From positions 1 to 32,248 of IMG/VR virus record IMGVR_UViG_3300011339_000283: a DNA stretch of 32,248 bases; one strand, given 5' to 3'. The notes beneath the pieces were generated by a model that made no database searches, was not told where the DNA came from, and worked only from the letters and a program-made list of their open reading frames with translations. The position numbers and the translations under genes were made by a program. Positions 9,401 to 17,334 of this stretch are shown here, in pieces; the first letter of the stretch is position 1, and every line of letters begins with the position of its first letter. Origin of the DNA: a virus (lineage: Duplodnaviria > Caudoviricetes).

Positions 9401-10173
9401 CGCGCATCGCCTCTGACTATACCGACATGGAAGACAATCCTGATGATCCCCTGACCAAAGCATCGTACAATGCAATGATTAAGGAAACGATGGATCAGTA
9501 TCACGCCGCAAAGAAATCTGGCTTGAATATTGAGTTTTGGAACCCCCGAAAGCAGGAAGATCCTTACAAAGCATCACCACGTCTTGCCACGGAAGACATT
9601 CGCAAGAACCACCACATGTGGGTATTCCCTACCTACTCAGGGTATGGAAGTGGTGAGCCGATCAGTGAGGATGACGCAAAGAAAAACCCCCTTCTCCAGC
9701 TTACTGGAGAGACGTGGAATGGCATCCCCGTGACCGTCAATGACGTGTTCCGCGCCATCCACGACTATTACGGCCACGCAAAAGAAGGGCTAGGGTTCCG
9801 CGCCGACGGTGAGGAAAACGCATGGCGCGCACATGCTTCAATGTTCTCGCCGCTTGCCCGCATGGCCATGACATCTGAAACCCGTGGGCAGAATAGCTGG
9901 CTCAATTATGGCCCGCATGGCGAGCATAACCGCAAGGCCCGCACCGAGGACACTATTTTTGCTCCACAAAAGATTGGGGTCATGTCCCACCTGTCCCATC
10001 ACGAGGGTGCCGAGGACTTTATCACGCCCGAAGACATCAGCTTCATGGCGTCAATTCGCAAAAGATTTGGCAAGAAACTGGGCGGCGCGGTTGAAAAGGC
10101 CCTTGCCTTAACACGCAGATTTACGAAGGATGGGAAGTCTGCTATAGATGCGCTCAAACCCAAGGGGAAGTGA
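6478..10173 (+). CDS. Large polyvalent protein: GNAT + ADP-ribosyltransferase + ParB-like + M15 peptidase + HDxxGH domain
   Basis: GNAT LEVPEEFRGQGIG (~6600-6815); ART LYHGT..FFGRGHYLS..GHDGVIV..SEVVAF (~7090-7560); ParB/Srx-like YLLEGNTRVAVAHSMG (~7565-8040); M15 SAYR..SQHLHGNAYD..MHFD (~8270-8610); FRAIHDYYGH..GEENAW..ETRGQNSW (~9230-10070). Confidence 0.85.
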   Translation: MDRDKAIRAAKLTANRISNESDRLETSTQDASHIFGDGAAYKFYKHPKSGGYIQILQRPSGPASVINLEVPEEFRGQGIGQRLQAEAMKNHPSLMGQVSSKAAATTAYRLGRRPYGNPEATLDDVFKGIDSDSSVNMLTPDAQPKSKGGALELARHATAVGRAGGQVAPSEYLPDVPRAVHADGGPAMFEGIHPDLRGESGAPLDLYHGTTHPEEFEAFDDAKLGARDAGFFGRGHYLSPDKGNAEEYGEDGTVIGPLHAALKNPYVWDVSNDMRSHSTLRDLQSMGIMRDKNELRPWDNLQSHHVRPFMAEMQKRGHDGVIVKTGHEHLPNGISEVVAFDPRSIKHKEAEVFDPTDPRIRRENGGEVEKKRDFMRDNPGGEWLEGKRARAAQYPGDKFMIGATTGVIGGRSSMFLPTNVLKGITGLENEVRRTGDPRYDALLADAQSGGFDPEQKGNKVVVAVNHFGQPYLLEGNTRVAVAHSMGIPKVKAEVRYWNGAENVDGPMHPENVFDMASDSPDVAKATGGPVMGYVPMASLTVPRLAVARAPVQQQQATVGKFSDSLNSLMDTVEGFKKKPEADAPAESPSAASEGHAPQGMSEAAAAAYGKLTDAWGQPLTVVSAYRDPEKNQEVGGAKGSQHLHGNAYDIDTSKLSYEDRLRLADEAWNAGFRGIGFYDNNMHFDVGDPRGWGPSHSRDSIPEWAQPFTQERYGYADGGSAMNDDNQDTSGRSNVESLSLARSLRNIGSGGGDDRVQNLFDKIAAGQQQAQKAYEMAHSNGEFDDFKIGDTFVYKHSKNPTPMKITGFSVSRAESFPQRKRIYNNHVPVLEMEDQDAGKKVNKYPVEAFQENLHKYDFVSGKPRAVKAGGGSINDDNQNGAMENGNAPINSATRPQAGELPNAGGIRGGAGLLQTQNEAPLEGLPQKIVIPLTGQVIQAGADPRIRQVARDYMAQAGLSYSPPTKYARVDPKRAARIASDYTDMEDNPDDPLTKASYNAMIKETMDQYHAAKKSGLNIEFWNPRKQEDPYKASPRLATEDIRKNHHMWVFPTYSGYGSGEPISEDDAKKNPLLQLTGETWNGIPVTVNDVFRAIHDYYGHAKEGLGFRADGEENAWRAHASMFSPLARMAMTSETRGQNSWLNYGPHGEHNRKARTEDTIFAPQKIGVMSHLSHHEGAEDFITPEDISFMASIRKRFGKKLGGAVEKALALTRRFTKDGKSAIDALKPKGK

Positions 10174-10174
10174 C

Positions 10175-12469
10175 ATGGCTGACATCAAAAAGGCAATGGA
10201 TTTGGTGTCTAAGTACCAAGATCCGCCAAGCAAGAGGATGCAGGGGTTTGATTGGCGCAAGCTGAGAGATGTTCAAGAAGAACTTGGCGGCATGACCGAG
10301 ATACCAAGTCACGTTGAAGATTTTGGCGCGTACATGGACGAAATGGCGCGCAAGGCCGCAACAACTGGACTTTCCCCGCGCGAATTGATCAAGGCCTACG
10401 CCATTACACGGGCAAGCATTCAGCGGCGTTCCCAGAACGTTGATAAATTACGTGCGTCTGGCCTTATATTGCCGCAGAGCGCCACTGGCAGCATTAGGCC
10501 AGAAGGGGCAATGGCCGAGTGGCTGAAGTCGCCAATGGGGCAACGCTACCTTGATGCTGCTGAGATGGGCAAAGTCAATCAAGAAGCTGTTGAACATGCG
10601 CAAGGTGTGATGAAACCGTTTGGGTTGGATACCGAAAGGGATGCTTTGCCGTGGGCCGCAAATAATTTGCATGACAAGCACCAAGCCGTTTCTGACATGG
10701 TGAAGAGGGCGCTGTCAGGCAACAGCCCTATTGCAGAGTGGCGCGAGTTTGCAAACGGATTGCGTGGGATTGGCACTGCAAAAGCTGGTTTTGTGGCGTC
10801 CGTTCTTGGCCGTGGCGATCAGTCCACACTTGATGCTCGCCAAATAAACCTTCACGTTGGAAAACCATCCAATAAGGATGAGAAACGTGTTCGTGACAAT
10901 GCTATTGCAAGGTCTGGATTTGACGCTGTTGACCGACTTTCCGCTCGTCAAACGGCACTTAACCCAAAGATGGACTCTGGATTGGAACCTTTCCGCCAAC
11001 ACCTGACCCACCACGCGACATGGGATAAGATTGGCAATGAGCAGACAACGCATAGCGACATTATAGACTCTATGAAGAACGCCAAAGACGGCGGTCGTAT
11101 TGGGTACGCCACAAAGGGTTCTGTTAAAGACGACAGTGAAGACCACCCTCTGGCCAAATCTTTTTTGAACGCAATACACGGAAGCGTGAACCAAGGAATG
11201 GTGCGGCAAGCTCTTGAGGCTGCTAAGACATCTGGGTTCATTCGAACAGGTGCTGACTTGATTAGGCGTGACCCCCGTTTACAAATTTCGCAACCTAAGT
11301 TGTCCAGCTTAAAGGATAGTAAAAAAAGCGGCCACTTGATCACACCATTTGGGGATTTTCAGGCTGAATTTGCACCCAAGAACAATCTGTCACCTCAGAA
11401 ATACGTCAACATTGAAAGGATGCAGAACGAGGGTGCCTACATCAGACCATTTGTTGGCGATAAGACTCCAGCAGACACCATTCTTTTAGGCCATAACGGC
11501 GTACCGCTTGTTGATCCAGTAAATCAAGAAGGTGGTGGCGACTATATGCGGTCTGATTACTCTCGAACTAACCAACCAACAGGCTGGAGATCGCGTGAAG
11601 GAGCGGCTAAGGGTATGCAGAGTCGTGTTGGCCAAGACGTTCCTGAAGGATCGCCAATCTACGGCGCTCACATGTTGATGGGCAACCCCGCCGCAGATAG
11701 CTCGCACATGCTTTTGCACTCTGTAATCAATCAAGTACCAAATTTGCCAATTGCAAAGCGTCACATTGATGCATTTGATGAGGAAATGCGTGAAAAGTTT
11801 CCGCATGACGAGAAATATCCAATGCCTTGGCCTGGAATTTTAAACACCAATGCGGTTCACGATTTCTTTTACAGGCAGCCAACCGTAGTTCGTGGCAAAA
11901 AGGGTCAGCCAGACATGATTCGCCCTCAACCTAGACCTGGCAAGCACGTTGCAAAATTTATCCAGAACATGGACAGTGTCCGCTGGCAATCAACTGGCTT
12001 TCCCAATGTTGGGTCTGCAAGATTTGCCAATATACACCCAGATTTGATGGCGGAGCCGCAAGGCGCAGTTGGATATGGCCTTACCCAACTTGACCCAAAG
12101 GGCGCACTGGTGGCAAACGATGAAATGCGCGCCCACGGCACCTACACTCACGGCATACCAACATTGGGATACGCTGGACGCTTCCGCGCATTGGTTCCTG
12201 CCGAGAAACTGTATGAGCGTGACGTAAAGAACGCTAATACTTCAACAGAAGCGCAGCAGACCCTTGCAACCAAGTTTCCTGCGATCAAAGTGGATCAGAG
12301 GGTGGTCGATTTGGTGAAGGGCGCTGAGGAAGAACGCATGAAGGAATACGGCTTCAAGCGTGGCGGCAAGGCCAAAAACATAGATCGTGCATTGAAGCTC
12401 ACTTCGATGTACAATGAAAGCGCAACAGGGACGCCTGGTAACCTCAGAGGATCGAAAAATGGACGCTAA
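10175..12469 (+). CDS. Two-domain polyvalent-type protein; N-terminal HhH DNA-glycosylase-like domain plus unknown domain
   Basis: ATG 10175 after AAGGGGAAG; LRGIGTAKAGF...LG....TLD (10760-10834); domains separated by AKDGGRIGYATKGSV. Confidence 0.75.
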   Translation: MADIKKAMDLVSKYQDPPSKRMQGFDWRKLRDVQEELGGMTEIPSHVEDFGAYMDEMARKAATTGLSPRELIKAYAITRASIQRRSQNVDKLRASGLILPQSATGSIRPEGAMAEWLKSPMGQRYLDAAEMGKVNQEAVEHAQGVMKPFGLDTERDALPWAANNLHDKHQAVSDMVKRALSGNSPIAEWREFANGLRGIGTAKAGFVASVLGRGDQSTLDARQINLHVGKPSNKDEKRVRDNAIARSGFDAVDRLSARQTALNPKMDSGLEPFRQHLTHHATWDKIGNEQTTHSDIIDSMKNAKDGGRIGYATKGSVKDDSEDHPLAKSFLNAIHGSVNQGMVRQALEAAKTSGFIRTGADLIRRDPRLQISQPKLSSLKDSKKSGHLITPFGDFQAEFAPKNNLSPQKYVNIERMQNEGAYIRPFVGDKTPADTILLGHNGVPLVDPVNQEGGGDYMRSDYSRTNQPTGWRSREGAAKGMQSRVGQDVPEGSPIYGAHMLMGNPAADSSHMLLHSVINQVPNLPIAKRHIDAFDEEMREKFPHDEKYPMPWPGILNTNAVHDFFYRQPTVVRGKKGQPDMIRPQPRPGKHVAKFIQNMDSVRWQSTGFPNVGSARFANIHPDLMAEPQGAVGYGLTQLDPKGALVANDEMRAHGTYTHGIPTLGYAGRFRALVPAEKLYERDVKNANTSTEAQQTLATKFPAIKVDQRVVDLVKGAEEERMKEYGFKRGGKAKNIDRALKLTSMYNESATGTPGNLRGSKNGR

Positions 12470-14174
12470 AAGCCTACGCGAGGCAATGAAGCAGAAGGCC
12501 AAGCGCCTCTGCGGAGCCACTTCGGAAAAAGTTGACGCATCGACGTTTACCCCAGCTGAGCCGCTGAACGCAGACGTGAAGACGGGCGCTCGCCCAGTCT
12601 CTCGCCGCGCATTCAAGGTCGGCGGCAAGGTGGATGGCGCTGAAGCCATGACCCACGCTGGCCGCACACCGCGCAAGTCTGGTGGAAAAACGGAATACGC
12701 CAACGCATTGGTGAACCGTAACGTCAAGGATGCCAATGAAGAGCGCGAAGGCATTAAGCACGTAGGTGGTTTTGCCAAAGGCGGTGTTCCAGAATACAAC
12801 GAAGAATCCGTCGAGAAAGCTATACAGTCTTCGCGCCAGAAGATTGGCAAGAAGGAGTCCAGCACGATTAAGTCCCTACTTCAGGGTCGCAAGGCATCTA
12901 TGCCGATGAAGAAAAATGACGATGGCAATACAGAGTACGCCAAAGGTGGACGTATCTCCAAAATGGGCGGTGGCCCGATGGACGCCAAAAAGGGTGAGGG
13001 CAAGATGACTGCCCCATTGGATCACTATCAGCCCCTGCCTCAAGAGGAGCGTTCAAACATCATCACCATGGATCAAGCTGACGAAATGATGCGCGAAGAA
13101 ATGCGCCGTCAGGGCGACATGACCCGCCGCAAACATGGTGGCAAGACCGAGGGTTCTGCCAAGGACATGATGGAAGACAAGAAGATGGCTGCCAAGATGG
13201 GCATGACCATGAAGGAATGGGAAGCATCCCATGCCGACAAGATGCACGACATGCCATCCAAGGGCCGCACCAAGAAGATGGGCGGCGGCAGCATGGGTTA
13301 CGCCGCTGGCGGAAAAATGAAGATGGTCGAGAAAGACGGCAAGAAGGTTCCATTCTTTGCCGCTGACGGCGTTGGCAAGATGGCAAACGGTGGCGGCCTG
13401 TACGCCAACATCCACGCCAAGCGCGAGCGCATTGAAGACGGCTCGAAAGAGAAGATGCGCAAGCCAGGTGCCAAGGGCGCTCCATCCGCCTCTGACTTCA
13501 AGGACGCAGCCAAGACCGCCATGAAAAAGGGCGGCGTTGCACCTCTTTTACCCCCCGTTAAAGAAAGAGATTTTCCAATTAGCGGCAGGGATATGCCGAC
13601 AGAAATGCGGCAAGAAAGTGATCGATACGCTGGCGATTTAACTCGCCGCAAGTCTGGCGGCAGCGCCATGAAGAAGGGCGGAAAGGCCATGCACCACAAG
13701 GACTGCATGTGCAAGGCCTGCGGTGGCGCTGCGATGTCTGAAGAGGGTGGCCGCACGGCCCGCAAGTCTGGTGGTAAGGTTGGCAAGAGCAACATCAGCA
13801 TCAACATCTACCCGCACACCGCCGAGAAGGCTGGCGCTATGCCCGTCCCACCCGCTGGTATGCCGCCCATGATGAAGCCACCAATGCCAATGCCTGCGCC
13901 CATGCCGTCGGCACCGCCCCCAGCCCACATGTCGCTCCCTCCAGGGCTGCAGCAGGCTCTGGCAGGCGCTGCGGGCGCTGGGCCTATGCCACCCGCTGGC
14001 GGTGGGATGCCTCAGCCCATGATGAACCGCCCCCCAATGCCTGCGCCTATGATGGGCCGCAAGGCTGGCGGCAGAGTGGAATACCCAATCACTGGCGGTT
14101 CTGGTGGCGGGCGCGCTCGCAAGGAAAAGGTCACAGCCTACGGCGAAAAGATGAACAAAGACCTCAGAAAGTAA
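12459..14174 (+). CDS. Low-complexity K/M/G-rich protein with many xxxGG repeats and Pro/Met-rich C-terminus; probable internal virion protein
   Basis: GAGG before ATG 12459; at least 15 GG motifs separating short peptides. Confidence 0.8.
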   Translation: MDAKSLREAMKQKAKRLCGATSEKVDASTFTPAEPLNADVKTGARPVSRRAFKVGGKVDGAEAMTHAGRTPRKSGGKTEYANALVNRNVKDANEEREGIKHVGGFAKGGVPEYNEESVEKAIQSSRQKIGKKESSTIKSLLQGRKASMPMKKNDDGNTEYAKGGRISKMGGGPMDAKKGEGKMTAPLDHYQPLPQEERSNIITMDQADEMMREEMRRQGDMTRRKHGGKTEGSAKDMMEDKKMAAKMGMTMKEWEASHADKMHDMPSKGRTKKMGGGSMGYAAGGKMKMVEKDGKKVPFFAADGVGKMANGGGLYANIHAKRERIEDGSKEKMRKPGAKGAPSASDFKDAAKTAMKKGGVAPLLPPVKERDFPISGRDMPTEMRQESDRYAGDLTRRKSGGSAMKKGGKAMHHKDCMCKACGGAAMSEEGGRTARKSGGKVGKSNISINIYPHTAEKAGAMPVPPAGMPPMMKPPMPMPAPMPSAPPPAHMSLPPGLQQALAGAAGAGPMPPAGGGMPQPMMNRPPMPAPMMGRKAGGRVEYPITGGSGGGRARKEKVTAYGEKMNKDLRK

Positions 14175-14181
14175 ACCTTGG

Positions 14182-14211
14182 GGGGCCAGCTACGCACTGG
14201 CCCCTTACTTT
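14182..14211 (+). terminator. Intrinsic terminator-like hairpin
   Basis: GGGGCCAG-ctacgca-CTGGCCCC followed by TTACTTT. Confidence 0.7.
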
Positions 14212-14229
14212 CAGATATTAGGATTACAG

Positions 14230-14436
14230 ATGATCACCACCGTAAGCACCGCCTTCGAGCGGGAACTTGTCAAATACATCCTTGAACGCAAGGCCGAGAT
14301 CGTCAGCAACATGGCTGGCGGACTTGCTATTAAGACTATTGAGGAATATCGTGAGGCGGTCGGAAAAATTGCCGCGCTCGATGAGGTCATCTCAATGTGT
14401 CACGAGGTTTCCGCCACGATTAAAAAGACCATGTAA
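14230..14436 (+). CDS. Small helical hypothetical protein preceding co-chaperonin
   Basis: AGGA upstream; EEYREAVGKIAALDE amphipathic helix. Confidence 0.75.
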   Translation: MITTVSTAFERELVKYILERKAEIVSNMAGGLAIKTIEEYREAVGKIAALDEVISMCHEVSATIKKTM

Positions 14437-14445
14437 GGATTAGAC

Positions 14446-14835
14446 ATGCCCCATATGCCCATGAGCCACGAAGAAGACCCAAAGAAAAAGCTGCTGGAAG
14501 AGCTTGGTGACATCTCAAACGTTGAGTTGTTCCACAACCAAGTACTTCTTGCCGTCTACCTGCGGCCAGAAAAGACAAAATCTGGCCTGATTTTGACTGC
14601 AAATCACCTTGATGAAGATCGATACCAGTCAAAAGTTGGCCTGCTGGTCAAGCGAGGGCCTCTCGCATTTGAGCAGGACGGCAATTGGTTCACTGGAGTG
14701 ACCTTCCAAGACCACGACTGGCTCATTTTCCGCCCATCTGACGGCTGGTCTATCACCGTCAATGGCGTTTTGTGCCGCATTTTTGATGACATCAGCATCA
14801 AGGGCCGCGCACCCCACCCAGATTCCGTTTATTGA
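14446..14835 (+). CDS. GroES/Cpn10-like co-chaperonin
   Basis: LFHNQVLL, mobile-loop EKTKSGLIL, GLLVKRGP, DWLIF, ITVNGVLCRIFDDISI. Confidence 0.85.
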   Translation: MPHMPMSHEEDPKKKLLEELGDISNVELFHNQVLLAVYLRPEKTKSGLILTANHLDEDRYQSKVGLLVKRGPLAFEQDGNWFTGVTFQDHDWLIFRPSDGWSITVNGVLCRIFDDISIKGRAPHPDSVY

Positions 14836-14847
14836 AGGTGAAAAGAC

Positions 14848-15651
14848 ATGGATGAAGAAGAAATTGAAGTCATCGTTGATGATGTAGTCGAGGATGAGGC
14901 CCAAATTCCTGATGTTCAGGACACCGTCTCCGAGCTAAAGCGCCAACTGAACGCCGAGCGCGAGGCGCGTGTGGCCGCAGAGAGGCGGGCGCACCACGCG
15001 AACACCGAAAAGGATGACACTGAAATCCAATTGGTGTCCAGCGCCATCGACAGCGTGGTGCGTGACACCGAAATCCTGAAAACCAACCTGCAAATTGCCA
15101 TGCAGAATCAGGATTTTGCCAAGGCGGCTGACATTCAGCAGCTTATGGGCGAAAAATCTGCGCAGTTGCAGCAACTTCGCAACGGCTTGGACGCTATGAA
15201 CTCCAAACCGAAGACCCCAGAGCCGCAATACGTCCCCGCAGATCCCGTCGAGGCATTTGCATCTCGCCTTTCGGCCACATCGGCAGACTGGGTTCGCCGC
15301 AACCCTCAATTCGTCACCGATCAGCGCCTAAATCGCAAGATGATCCGCGCTCACGAGGATGCGGTTGACGATGGCATCGCCGTGGACACTCCCGCGTACT
15401 TTGCAGCCATTGAAGCCAAGCTTGGCGTGTCGAAAACGACCGACACTGGCGATCAGTACGCCGCAAAGGTCACACAGCGCCGTGATGCTGCCCCTGCAGC
15501 CGCACCTGTAAGCCGTGGCACGAGCAACGGCAGCAAGAACGCTATCAGGCTCACCTCGGCGGAGCGTGAGGCAGCCTCGGACATGGGCATGAGCGAGCAG
15601 GACTATGCCAAGCACAAGATTGCACTCATTAAGGAAGGTAAACTCAAATGA
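14848..15651 (+). CDS. Capsid scaffolding protein
   Basis: Acidic N-terminus, coiled coil, C-terminal IRLTSAEREAASDMGMSEQDYAK helix-turn-helix; lies upstream of capsid genes. Confidence 0.75.
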   Translation: MDEEEIEVIVDDVVEDEAQIPDVQDTVSELKRQLNAEREARVAAERRAHHANTEKDDTEIQLVSSAIDSVVRDTEILKTNLQIAMQNQDFAKAADIQQLMGEKSAQLQQLRNGLDAMNSKPKTPEPQYVPADPVEAFASRLSATSADWVRRNPQFVTDQRLNRKMIRAHEDAVDDGIAVDTPAYFAAIEAKLGVSKTTDTGDQYAAKVTQRRDAAPAAAPVSRGTSNGSKNAIRLTSAEREAASDMGMSEQDYAKHKIALIKEGKLK

Positions 15652-16178
15652 GCGATGAAGAATTTCGGAAGGTGACGAAAAACGTACGGCCCAGCGTCCG
15701 CCCGCAGATGGCAACTGTGGAGCAGCCACGGGATGCGGCGGCCCGCGCCGCAGAGCTTCGCAACCACAGTGACACCGACAGTGGTAGCGATGAATTCTTC
15801 GTTGAACCTGGCATCATTCCGCAGGACTGGAGCTACGAGTGGAAGATGCGCACCGTACTTGGCGCTGAAGACCCCGCCCACCAAGTTGCTCTGCAGCGTA
15901 AGGGCTGGGAGATTGTCCCAGCATCCAGACACCCAGAAATGATGCCGCTTGGGTACACAGGTACCATGATCATCCGTAAGGGCATGGTGCTGATGGAGCG
16001 ACCGCTGGAGATCACCGAAGAGGCCCGCTCTATCGAGCAGCGCCGCGCGCGGATGCAAGTTCGGGCTAAGGAAGAGCAATTGTCTTCCTCACGCCCAGGT
16101 GAGTTTGAGCGCAGCCACAAGGGCGAGAACATGACGAGGATCAAGAAGGGGTATGAAGCCATGCCAATCCCTGAGTGA
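15648..16178 (+). CDS. Head-cluster hypothetical protein
   Basis: ATGA overlap with scaffold; PQDWSYEWK..GWEIVPASRHPE..GMVLMERP. Confidence 0.75.
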   Translation: MSDEEFRKVTKNVRPSVRPQMATVEQPRDAAARAAELRNHSDTDSGSDEFFVEPGIIPQDWSYEWKMRTVLGAEDPAHQVALQRKGWEIVPASRHPEMMPLGYTGTMIIRKGMVLMERPLEITEEARSIEQRRARMQVRAKEEQLSSSRPGEFERSHKGENMTRIKKGYEAMPIPE

Positions 16179-16213
16179 GATAGCCATCGCATGCTCCAAG
16201 TTTGATCGATAAT

Positions 16214-16248
16214 AGTGAGCGGTGGCGGCTTTGGTCGCCCCCTTTACT
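16214..16248 (+). terminator. Terminator-like hairpin
   Basis: GGTGGCGGC-tttg-GTCGCCCCC (one mismatch) followed by TTTACT. Confidence 0.5.
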
Positions 16249-16271
16249 TGTCGTAAAAATAAAGGTATGGT
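16243..16271 (+). promoter_or_regulatory. Sigma70-type promoter candidate for capsid operon
   Basis: TTTACT (16243-16248), 17 nt AT-rich spacer, TATGGT (16266-16271). Confidence 0.45.
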
Positions 16272-16283
16272 GCGTACATCCAT

Positions 16284-16369
16284 CCCCTCGGCGGGGCTGT
16301 CCAAATCACCCCCTTGGTCATAAATCGCCTCGGTGCGCGAAATAGACCTCCTGTAAAGGAGATTTCCGC
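16284..16369 (+). promoter_or_regulatory. Structured 5' leader with RBS-sequestering hairpin
   Basis: CCCC/GGGG hairpin, GGTC/GACC plus TCGC/GCGA stem, and CTCCT-GTAA-AGGAG (16348-16361) pairing the Shine-Dalgarno. Confidence 0.5.
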
Positions 16370-17323
16370 ATGGCAAATACGTTTGCGCCTGTCGGTTTCG
16401 CCCAGTATTCAGGCGCTGGTTCGGCTCCAACCTACGAGCAGACCATGGCCGCGATTGCATCGGGCAATACGACCCCAATTTTCTTCAATGACCCTGTAAT
16501 GCAGGCCACCAACGCTACTGGCGTAGGCACTGGTTACATTGCCCAAGCAACTGGCCCAGTAACCCTGACCGTTGCTGCCACTGGCATCGCCACTGTCGCC
16601 ACTGGCGCAATGACGATCACCTTCACCGCGATCTCGTCCAGCACCGCAAACATCCCAACCTTCGCATCGACCAACTGGGCAGCCCCAGTGGGTTCTGTTG
16701 TGGTTGTGACCAACGCGACTGGTGTTCCAAACGGTGTCTTCACGGTCACTTCGGCCACCTCCACGACCGTGGTTGTTCAAAGCACCACCACAACCGCAGC
16801 AACCTCGGCAACCTCCACCCCCGTGGTCACCGTCTACGTTCCTGTGGCTGGCGTGTTCACTGGCTGCAAATACCTGTCGGTATCGCAGAAGCGCACTGTA
16901 TGGTCGAACTACTGGGGCGGCTCGGACGCTTCTGGTGATGTGATTGCCTACGTTATCACCGACCCAAATGCTCACTTCACCGTGCAAACTGGCAACTCAA
17001 ACACCACGGCAACGGCTGTCGGCCAAGCCAACGTGGGCGAGAACATCGGCTTCAACTGGCAGGACAGCACTGCAACTGGCGAAACGAATGGCCGTACCTC
17101 GACGGGTATCTCCACCATGTTCGCTGATCAGTACACCCTGTCTTCGGCTGGTGTGCTGGGTGCAAACGCTGCGTTGCCATTCCGCATCATTGCTCTTGCC
17201 AACTTCGAACCTGGTCAAACTTCGCCACTGATTGGGATCAACGGCAACGACAATACGAGCGGGTACAACGAGATCATCGTTGGCTTCAACAACGCAATGC
17301 CACGCAACTTTGCTGGCATCTAA
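16370..17323 (+). CDS. Capsid decoration/stabilising protein with Thr-rich inserted beta domain
   Basis: MANTFAPVGF start, directly upstream of MCP; GVFTGCKY, AYVITDPNAHFTVQ. Confidence 0.65.
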   Translation: MANTFAPVGFAQYSGAGSAPTYEQTMAAIASGNTTPIFFNDPVMQATNATGVGTGYIAQATGPVTLTVAATGIATVATGAMTITFTAISSSTANIPTFASTNWAAPVGSVVVVTNATGVPNGVFTVTSATSTTVVVQSTTTTAATSATSTPVVTVYVPVAGVFTGCKYLSVSQKRTVWSNYWGGSDASGDVIAYVITDPNAHFTVQTGNSNTTATAVGQANVGENIGFNWQDSTATGETNGRTSTGISTMFADQYTLSSAGVLGANAALPFRIIALANFEPGQTSPLIGINGNDNTSGYNEIIVGFNNAMPRNFAGI

Positions 17324-17334
17324 GGAGATAGAAA

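Noticed and set aside
12459-14174. GG motifs as ubiquitin-like C-terminal diglycine
   Set aside because: No beta-grasp domains and no E1, E2 or JAB genes in the window.
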